IMG/VR virus record: IMGVR_UViG_3300008009_000023
Span: 1 to 34,786 of that record
Reading direction: 5' to 3' (one strand)
DNA: 34,786 nucleotides
From: a virus
Taxonomy: Duplodnaviria; Caudoviricetes
Positions 25,344 through 32,500 of this stretch are shown piece by piece. The notes beneath the pieces are model-generated. The model did no database searches and was not told where the DNA came from. It was given only the letters and a program-made list of their open reading frames with translations. How positions within the stretch are numbered: position 1 is the stretch's first letter; each line of letters starts with the position of its first letter. Both the position numbers and the translations under genes were made by a program.

Positions 25344-26168
25344 TTAGAAGGGCCACAGCCACTCCCAACCACGCTCGATGGCAGTGGACTCGGGCTTGCT
25401 GGGAGTTTCAGGGCTGGCCTCGGGAGCCGGGGCCGGGGAAGGTGCCGGGACAGGCTCAGCGGGCCGGTTTTCCGGGCGCTGGACGGGCCTGACGGGCGTC
25501 GGGGTATTCTCGGTAGGCTCGGGCGAGACGCCCTCCTGCGAGGCCCGGAGAGCCGCTGCGAACGTGCGGGCGTATCGGGCCAGCCGGTCGTCAATCCGCT
25601 CGTTTCCGCCCCACTTCTTGTGGCTGTCACCGTTCACGATCACTCGGGCCTGCTTGAACTGAGCCGGGAAGTCGTATTCCTTCAGCTTCTTGCCGGTGAA
25701 CACCCCATCTCTCATTCCGAGGAACATGATGTCAAGTGCGTGGTCCCACTCAAGGGCCAGATCGGGGTTCTCATCCAGCGGAACACCGAGGATGCGAGCG
25801 AACTTCTGGTAGTTGTCATACCATGTGATCTGCACGAGGCCACGACCGTAGTACGACTGACCGTAAGGGCCTGCCGGAAGGGCGTAGTTCGTGCTGATGA
25901 TGCCCTTGGCATGGATCGAGGCCACAGCGCGCTTCGCAGAAGCGTCGGTGTAGTCCGGGCCAAAGCGATGTGCACCCTCGCGGATCGGTGTCATCCACCC
26001 TCCGGTCTCGTGCTTGGCCGTGGAGAGGATGTAGGCGAGGTCATTCGGGTCGTAACCCCATTCCTCGCCGTACTCCACGATCCGCTTCATGCCGTCCACT
26101 TGATGCTGGTTGAGACGGCCCCCGAACAAGGGCCGCACAGCGTTGTAGAACTCGGCGTTTGCGGGCAT
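25344..26168 (-). CDS. Endolysin, GH19 (chitinase/lysozyme-like), with a Pro-rich C-terminal tail
   Basis: LAYILSTAKHETG, PIRE, YYGRGLVQITWYDNY, NPDLAL, ARVIVNG. Confidence 0.9.
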   Translation of the reverse strand: MPANAEFYNAVRPLFGGRLNQHQVDGMKRIVEYGEEWGYDPNDLAYILSTAKHETGGWMTPIREGAHRFGPDYTDASAKRAVASIHAKGIISTNYALPAGPYGQSYYGRGLVQITWYDNYQKFARILGVPLDENPDLALEWDHALDIMFLGMRDGVFTGKKLKEYDFPAQFKQARVIVNGDSHKKWGGNERIDDRLARYARTFAAALRASQEGVSPEPTENTPTPVRPVQRPENRPAEPVPAPSPAPAPEASPETPSKPESTAIERGWEWLWPF

Positions 26169-26171
26169 GGA

Positions 26172-26585
26172 TCAGTCCCCCTGCTTCGGAGCGATCCCGG
26201 CCTTGGCGCGGATGTCCGCAGCCGCCGCCTCGAACTGCGCGGCTTTCGCCTCGGCCTGCCGAGCCAGCTTCTCCTGCACACGGGCGCGAGCCGAGATGGC
26301 GTTCACCTTCGCCGCCTGCCGGGCTTCCGCGTCGGCCACGTACTTCGCCTTGGCGTGCGCCTCGATCAGCTTGAGGGCCGTCAGGAGCCGCTTCAGCCTC
26401 TCCTTGTCACCGTTCACGCGCTTCGCAGCCTCGATCCCGCCCTTCTTGAGCGAGGCCAGCATCCCCTGCTGGTCCTGCGGCCACGGGATGGTCAGCGTGT
26501 TCGTGCCGACCTTGACCTCCGGGGTCTTGTTCTCTACCGGGGCCTTCTCGACGGCCTTGCCGTCCTCTTTCTTCACTTCAGACAT
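26172..26585 (-). CDS. Basic helical hypothetical protein
   Basis: Start MSEVKK after AAGGAG; Ala/Lys-rich coiled-coil-like sequence. Confidence 0.7.
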   Translation of the reverse strand: MSEVKKEDGKAVEKAPVENKTPEVKVGTNTLTIPWPQDQQGMLASLKKGGIEAAKRVNGDKERLKRLLTALKLIEAHAKAKYVADAEARQAAKVNAISARARVQEKLARQAEAKAAQFEAAAADIRAKAGIAPKQGD

Positions 26586-26596
26586 AGCAGTCTCCT

Positions 26597-28402
26597 TCAA
26601 AGTCTGCGTCGAACCTTCCCGAGTGCTCCTGCACGCCGGTTAAGTCCGAGTTTCGCCATTGTTGCCGCAGGGAGGGGGCGACCATCTCCAAGCGGGTTTT
26701 TCATGCGCTCAGCCCACGCTCGCTTGCGTGTCTGGTTCACGACCTTCATGCTGTCCTGAGCCAGCGCCTCGACCCAATGCCGCACCGATCCCGCAAGGGC
26801 GTCGATCCGGTCATCATGCCGAAGGCTGTCCCTGTCACGGGTGATCCGCGACAGTTGGTAGAACAGGCTGTAGGAGGCGCGCTTCTCTAGTGGATAACTC
26901 TTGCAGGCGTCCCAATCCTTCTCGATCAGGCCCTCGTCCACCACCAGTCTGCCCGAGCCAATCACAGGCTCAAGCACGTCGATGATGCGGAGTTCTTTCT
27001 GTCCACTCTCCCACACGTCCTCGATCTCAGCCCGATGCACGCGCAGCAGGTTGGGTCGCCAGACATGCGCGAAAGCGCCGTTGCCGAAGTTGCGTTCCAC
27101 GTCGATCTTGGTCGGCTTCCACCGAGCGGCAATAGCCGTGAGGGCATCAAGACTGTCCTCTCCAAGCCCACCGGGCACTGCGCCGCTGGCCACGAGGAAC
27201 ACGCGACCTGCGAGGAACTTCGTGACCGCATACGCAGTCTCGTCCCCGTTCTGCCCGCCGCCAGCAGGGTCCACGTACATATGGCACCCGTTGAAGCTGG
27301 CGTGTTCACGTCCGAACTCAGCAGCCCGGTAGTACGCATCGTTCACCGGCCAGTCAGCCGGGAGCGTCAGCAGTGTGCGGTCGCTGCGCTGCACGAAGAT
27401 TTCGAGCGGTGCGCTGTGGTCGCTGATCTGCATGAACACCAGCTTCTCAGGCTTCAATGGGAACCTGTCCGCGTCCGATAGGCGAGTGTCCAGCATGTGC
27501 TGAAGCTGGAAGTACGCCGCGCCTTGGTCGATCTCCTTCTTCGTCAGGGTTTCCTCGGGGAGTAGAACCGGGTCCACGACCTGTCCACGGTCGCCCATCG
27601 GGCCACCGCCAGTTCGCAGCGAGGGGTCATCGTCCATGCGCCGCCGAATGAGCGGTGCGAGGAACTGACCATAGTTCGGTTCTTCCGCCACAGTCGGGTA
27701 GCGGCCCGGCCAGATGCGGATGGTGTAGCCACGGCTGAACAGCCCGTTGTAGATGCTGTCGATGCTCTGCGGCGTACCGAGGTAGATGATGTCGCCACGA
27801 GAACAGATCGACGTGAAGTCCTTAGTCAAGTGCCGTAGGCGCTCACGCTGGTGCTCAGTCTGGCTGTTCTTCGTGCTCTCGATGTCGTCTGCGATCAGGA
27901 TGTCTGCTCGCTTACCCTGCATGTTAGACGTGATGCCCACGCAAGCAATGCTGGGCGACTTCTCAGGGCCTTTGAGTTCGTGGTGCACATCGTAGGCTTC
28001 CACGCTCTCCCGGTCGCCAGCAGACCTGTCAGGTCGAAGGCACTCCAACTCGTCCATGTTCTGGATGATCTGGATGACCCAATTCGCGATCTCGGTGGCC
28101 TGTGTTCCGCCAGCAGATACGATCAGGATACGGGCTGAAGGCTCATGGATAAGCCGCCACACCGCGTATGCAGCGGTGATGGTGGTCTTGGCCTGACCAC
28201 GCTGCGCTTGGATCATCCGCTCTTTCGGGCCGAACTCCAAGAACTCTGCGATGTCAAGCTGGATGTCTGTGCACTCGAAACCCATCAGGCTGGTCATCAC
28301 GTCGAAGATGAAGGGCTTGAAGTTCGGGTATTCTGCTCTCAGCATGTCGAGTTCAGCCCAGCGTTCACCGGGCTTAAACTCTCTCTGGTCGCGCTTCGCC
28401 AT
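26597..28402 (-). CDS. Terminase large subunit (T7 gp19-like)
   Basis: QAQRGQAKTT, QGKRADILIADDIE, YLGTPQ, VDPAGGG..GDE, HDDRIDAL. Confidence 0.96.
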   Translation of the reverse strand: MAKRDQREFKPGERWAELDMLRAEYPNFKPFIFDVMTSLMGFECTDIQLDIAEFLEFGPKERMIQAQRGQAKTTITAAYAVWRLIHEPSARILIVSAGGTQATEIANWVIQIIQNMDELECLRPDRSAGDRESVEAYDVHHELKGPEKSPSIACVGITSNMQGKRADILIADDIESTKNSQTEHQRERLRHLTKDFTSICSRGDIIYLGTPQSIDSIYNGLFSRGYTIRIWPGRYPTVAEEPNYGQFLAPLIRRRMDDDPSLRTGGGPMGDRGQVVDPVLLPEETLTKKEIDQGAAYFQLQHMLDTRLSDADRFPLKPEKLVFMQISDHSAPLEIFVQRSDRTLLTLPADWPVNDAYYRAAEFGREHASFNGCHMYVDPAGGGQNGDETAYAVTKFLAGRVFLVASGAVPGGLGEDSLDALTAIAARWKPTKIDVERNFGNGAFAHVWRPNLLRVHRAEIEDVWESGQKELRIIDVLEPVIGSGRLVVDEGLIEKDWDACKSYPLEKRASYSLFYQLSRITRDRDSLRHDDRIDALAGSVRHWVEALAQDSMKVVNQTRKRAWAERMKNPLGDGRPLPAATMAKLGLNRRAGALGKVRRRL

Positions 28403-28749
28403 TACGAAGCCTCCACATGCGGTACGAGGGACAGGTTCAGGCCCGCCGCCTTACGCGCAGCGCGGCGTTCCTCAAGACGACGCTGGGTCGAGTTGAGTTC
28501 CTCCACAGCTTCGCTGTCCATACCGATGTCGTTGTCCTTCAGGAACTTCGCGATAGCACTCAGCATTGCCGGGTTCGGCTCGCTGATCTTCAGCAGTTCC
28601 TCAAGGAGTTCACTCTCAACCTCGTCGCGAGGGAGTGCATCGAGTGCCTCCATTCCACGTTCGTACTTTTCAAGCACCCTCGTGAACACGCGAGCGAGAT
28701 GGGAGTGCAGTTTACCGAGCGTCTGCTCGTTCGCTGCACCTTTCGCCAT
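28402..28749 (-). CDS. Terminase small subunit (T7 gp18-like)
   Basis: MAKGAANEQTLGKLH..., PAMLSAIAKFLKDNDI; directly upstream of the large subunit. Confidence 0.85.
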   Translation of the reverse strand: MAKGAANEQTLGKLHSHLARVFTRVLEKYERGMEALDALPRDEVESELLEELLKISEPNPAMLSAIAKFLKDNDIGMDSEAVEELNSTQRRLEERRAARKAAGLNLSLVPHVEAS

Positions 28750-28759
28750 CTTTCTCTCC

Positions 28760-29038
28760 TTACATAAGCGCTCGGAACAGAAGTTCCTCGCCCCCACTAA
28801 TCGCCACGGTCAGTATCGGAAGTGCGACGCTAGCATACGTGATTACTCGCGTATTAAACTTCTCCACCTTTGTCAGCCGGTCCTTAATTTCGTCGGTCTC
28901 GTTTCGAAAATCAGTTCTCAGCTTCTCCGTCTCCCGCTGGTTGCGGTCGAGCGCGGACAGAATGTGCTTCACATCCGCGCTCAACTCGCCCATCAAGGTG
29001 AATACGGCTCGCCGGTCGTTCAGGTCGTTTCGATCCAT
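28760..29038 (-). CDS. Coiled-coil protein with a C-terminal TM (holin-like, gp17.5 position)
   Basis: MDRNDLND..., heptad region then VITYASVALPILTVAISGG. Confidence 0.5.
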   Translation of the reverse strand: MDRNDLNDRRAVFTLMGELSADVKHILSALDRNQRETEKLRTDFRNETDEIKDRLTKVEKFNTRVITYASVALPILTVAISGGEELLFRALM

Positions 29039-31659
29039 TGCCTGCCTTGCAACCAGTGCCCCGCAGAGTAGTTCCCCCCGTCCGACCACACGTCCAAGAA
29101 CCTCGGAAATACAGGCCAAGGCCGTGCATCCCAAGTCCATGCGAACAGCATGTCGGGATCGACCATCTTGTCGCCGGTGCGGCTAGATACCGGATTGGTG
29201 CCAGAAGTGGCGCTCCAATACTCGGCCAGAGCCTGATAGTACACCTGCTGAATACGGTCGTCACGTTCGCCAGTTGAGTAGTACGGTTCCGTACTCTCCA
29301 CCGACTTCGGGTCGAGGAACTTGTTGGGCTGATTGGTCCCTTTGTTGATGGCCGCGCAACCAAGCTCGGTGTACGCGATCCGTTTCAATTCGGGGACGTA
29401 TCCAGTGTCAGTGGACTGCGTTACCCCGTCGATGATGTTGAAGTGACGTTCCCTCCACCACGACTTGTGATCCTTGTCTCGATAGCGCCACTCCAAGATA
29501 GGGGTCCGCAGTTGGTTGTCCCGGTCGAACTCGTTGAGGTACTGATAGTCGTACTTCTCGCCGCCCTCGATCTGACCCTTGAGGTAGGTCAAGTCGTAGA
29601 TGCTCGGCCAGAGTGCATCGTCAATCGCCAGAGGCGAACCCCTCCAGTCAGAGAGCGGAAGGTAGTTGTCGATGCCAACGAAGTCGATGTTGGGGTCTGT
29701 CCACAGCGGATCGAGATGAAAGATGCTGTTGAAGCCTCCCGAGGTCTCGTAGTTCCTCGGCATGAACTCCGACCAGTCACAGGCGTAAGTGATCTCGCAC
29801 TCTTGCCCGAGGATCAGCTTGACTTCCGCAGCAAGCTGCTTCAGTTTAGCCACAGCCGGGAACGAGTGGTCCCCATCTCTGGCCTCAGTCATGCCAATCA
29901 TTTCGGTCGTGATACAGAACGCATCCACGCCGCCTGCAAGGGCGCACAGGTGTGCGTAGTGCAGAGTGAACCGGCGCAGACCCCATTCGTCAGGTCCGCT
30001 GTAGTTCACCGTCTGGCTCACAGAGTTGGGTGTGAAGTCGTCAGGACTGCACGATCCGAAGAAGTGGTCCATCTGAGTGGTGACGGCACTTGTGCCCTGA
30101 TCGCTGTACAGAGGCCGGATGCGCCCTCGCCACGGATAAGCGCCCTGCGGGCCGCTCTCATCCGGGTCAGGAAGCGCCTGATCGTTCGTGATGTCCATGA
30201 GGATGAACGGGTAGAACATGACCTTCAGGCCACGGCTGCGCATGTCTTGGATGCCCTCGATCACGCTCCGGTCAGAAGGCGTGCCGCCGTAGGAGACCTT
30301 CGGTGTCCCGAGGTCGAACATCGTGACGTTCGTGCAGTAGAACCACGGCTCGTCAGTGTTCTGCTTGTCAAGCACGAACTCCACGTAGGAGAACGTACCA
30401 TCAGCCGGGAAGTCCAAGTTGATCTCAGTCCACGTCTTGGCTGCGACCCACTTCGCCTGCGGCTCGACAAGCCAGCCCCCGCCCGGCCCGCCATTGCGGA
30501 CTGCTGGGTAGAAGTACCTGCCCACCGGAGACCAGAAGTATCCGCGCCAGCGGTACTGGCCCCACGGGATCGGCCCGCCCGGTCCACCGGAACTGGTGTC
30601 CGCGTGGTTCCAAGCTGAGTAGCCTTCTTGATCAATAGTCTGGGTCCCGTAGTCGATTAGAACGATCCCCGCGCCCTGACCTGCGAAGTCACCGGGGTCC
30701 ACGTAAGGCTGTCCAATGCTGCTGTCAGGATCGACGCTGCTGGCGTACTGCGTGGTCACAGTCGCACCGTTCCGAGAGTTCAACCACTGCACGTAGACAG
30801 GATTGTACTCCGCTGGGCTGTCCCAAAAGATGCTTGGCACACCCATCTGCTGACGAGTGAGGCCGTTCACGATGTACGGAAACGGGGTGCTGTTCCCGAT
30901 GGCGGGAGCCAATTCAGGAGCCACCGCCGACACGATAAGATCGAGTTGTCGGTCTACGGCGTTGTCGTTGAAGGTTCCGTCAGTGCTGCGCGTCACCACG
31001 AGCCGGATGGCACGAGTGTTCGTTGGCACAAAAGTAGGCCCGCCCGTGTACAGCCCGGTAAGAGCGACGCTGTTGACGTTACCGTAGTCCACTTGCGAGA
31101 TCAGCAGGGTTCCTGCGTTGTCGCCGAAGAAGCGGAGTACGATCTGGATGTCGGTAGAAGTCGATCCCGTGGTGCTCCACGAGTAGATCACTTCCACATT
31201 CGTGCTTCCATCCGTGACCCGGTTCAGGAGGATGCTTGAGTTCTCAAGCGTGTACAGCGTGGTCGTCGGTACGCCGTTCGCGCCGACAGCCCATGCCCCG
31301 ATGTCCTGATCGAGTTCGATGGTGCCGCCTTCCCCACCGGGAGTGAAGAAGGTGAAATGCTCGCCTTTCGGCTTGATGGTGCACTCGCCCAACCGCAGGT
31401 CATCTCCGAACCACGAAGTGATGAGGGAGACCCACTTCACCCGAGGGAGGTTCTTCTGAAGGTTGTCCATAGCGCGGGAAAAGTTGGTCTTGCCAGACAC
31501 AGCCCCGTCCCACTGCGAGTTCTCATCGCGTACGTCGCCCCACTGGTTAGTGAAGCGTGCGGGAGTTGTGCTGTAGGCCCACTCCCCGGTTGAGGGAAGA
31601 AGGGCCACGCCCGACAGCAGCGACTTGACTTTGCGCGTCGTCTTCGATCTCAGGATCAT
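29020..31659 (-). CDS. GTA TIM-barrel-domain protein (RcGTA g15/megatron-like domain), putative tailspike or receptor-binding protein
   Basis: SWFGDDLR, YGGTPSD.SV, FYPFILMD, YPWRGRI, RRFTLHYAHL..AGGVDAF, TYACDWSE, FHLDPLW....IDFVGIDNYLPLSDWR, TELGC.AI.KGTNQPN.FLDPKS, WTWDARP.P.FP...VWSDG.NY..GHWL.GR. Confidence 0.88.
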   Translation of the reverse strand: MILRSKTTRKVKSLLSGVALLPSTGEWAYSTTPARFTNQWGDVRDENSQWDGAVSGKTNFSRAMDNLQKNLPRVKWVSLITSWFGDDLRLGECTIKPKGEHFTFFTPGGEGGTIELDQDIGAWAVGANGVPTTTLYTLENSSILLNRVTDGSTNVEVIYSWSTTGSTSTDIQIVLRFFGDNAGTLLISQVDYGNVNSVALTGLYTGGPTFVPTNTRAIRLVVTRSTDGTFNDNAVDRQLDLIVSAVAPELAPAIGNSTPFPYIVNGLTRQQMGVPSIFWDSPAEYNPVYVQWLNSRNGATVTTQYASSVDPDSSIGQPYVDPGDFAGQGAGIVLIDYGTQTIDQEGYSAWNHADTSSGGPGGPIPWGQYRWRGYFWSPVGRYFYPAVRNGGPGGGWLVEPQAKWVAAKTWTEINLDFPADGTFSYVEFVLDKQNTDEPWFYCTNVTMFDLGTPKVSYGGTPSDRSVIEGIQDMRSRGLKVMFYPFILMDITNDQALPDPDESGPQGAYPWRGRIRPLYSDQGTSAVTTQMDHFFGSCSPDDFTPNSVSQTVNYSGPDEWGLRRFTLHYAHLCALAGGVDAFCITTEMIGMTEARDGDHSFPAVAKLKQLAAEVKLILGQECEITYACDWSEFMPRNYETSGGFNSIFHLDPLWTDPNIDFVGIDNYLPLSDWRGSPLAIDDALWPSIYDLTYLKGQIEGGEKYDYQYLNEFDRDNQLRTPILEWRYRDKDHKSWWRERHFNIIDGVTQSTDTGYVPELKRIAYTELGCAAINKGTNQPNKFLDPKSVESTEPYYSTGERDDRIQQVYYQALAEYWSATSGTNPVSSRTGDKMVDPDMLFAWTWDARPWPVFPRFLDVWSDGGNYSAGHWLQGRQWIETT

Positions 31660-31670
31660 GGCCCTGCTCC

Positions 31671-32441
31671 TTACGTTGTGATACTGGTCACGTCAACGCC
31701 GCCGATGACGGTGATGCCGCACTCCAATGTTGCGTCTGCAAGTCCACCCACGATCTCGCAGGTCGTCTGACCCGCCACGAGAGTGAACTTGGTGCCACCG
31801 CCGGGGATTGCCCGTGTGACTGCGCCGTTCGGCTGCACGGTGACTGTCGCCTTGACGGAGCCCCCGTTCGAGATCAAGAACTCCACGGTCTGCGAGGGGT
31901 TCGTCTGAACGTCCACCCGGATGTCATCGACTTGACACGTCGCAGGGACGGCGGTGCCGATGTACTCCTTCTGACCATCGAAGGTCTGGTAGAAGCCGAA
32001 GAACAGTTGCTCGAACTGCTGAAGGCTGACCGACAGCGATGCAAGTGCGCCGTTCACGGCGTCCTCGATGGCCTGAAGAACCGCGTCCTCGATCAAGATG
32101 CTGTCCGCGATACGGCCATCGAGTACCTCGTGCAGAGCGTACATGATGTGCTTGCTCAGAAGCGTCAGGTTCTCGCGCGTTGCGTTCCCCGGCTGGGAAA
32201 GGTTCACAGGCAACGCCTGCTTGCTCACTGTGCGCCGGAACACGATCTTGTCGCCGTTGACCAGCCCTTGACCGGGCGTCAGGCGCACACGGCTCGAAGT
32301 AAGCCAGTCGAAGTCCAGATCGACCGGGATCGCGCCCTTCTTGTAGCAGGTCACGTCTCCCTGAGAGGCGTAGCCGAGGGCAAAGTTCAGGTTGAACTCG
32401 TAGTCACCCGCGTAGGTGAACTCGTTCACTGATAGGCCCAT
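31671..32441 (-). CDS. Short tail fibre/adaptor with a T7 gp17-like N-terminal anchor
   Basis: Start MGLSVNEF at 32441 (RBS AAAGGAGG, directly after the phage promoter); F.LNF..GY....DV, IVFRRTV, L...L..L.E..DG pattern; 256 aa. Confidence 0.75.
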   Translation of the reverse strand: MGLSVNEFTYAGDYEFNLNFALGYASQGDVTCYKKGAIPVDLDFDWLTSSRVRLTPGQGLVNGDKIVFRRTVSKQALPVNLSQPGNATRENLTLLSKHIMYALHEVLDGRIADSILIEDAVLQAIEDAVNGALASLSVSLQQFEQLFFGFYQTFDGQKEYIGTAVPATCQVDDIRVDVQTNPSQTVEFLISNGGSVKATVTVQPNGAVTRAIPGGGTKFTLVAGQTTCEIVGGLADATLECGITVIGGVDVTSITT

Positions 32442-32455
32442 CAGAGCCTCCTTTC

Positions 32456-32475
32456 TGTCTATATGTGTGGAAGTC
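32456..32475 (-). promoter_or_regulatory. Phage RNAP promoter, copy 3 (tail-fibre promoter, phi17-like)
   Basis: GACTTCCACACATATAGACAG immediately upstream of the tail adaptor RBS. Confidence 0.85.
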
Positions 32476-32500
32476 GGGATTTCTCCCGACCTCCAATGGG

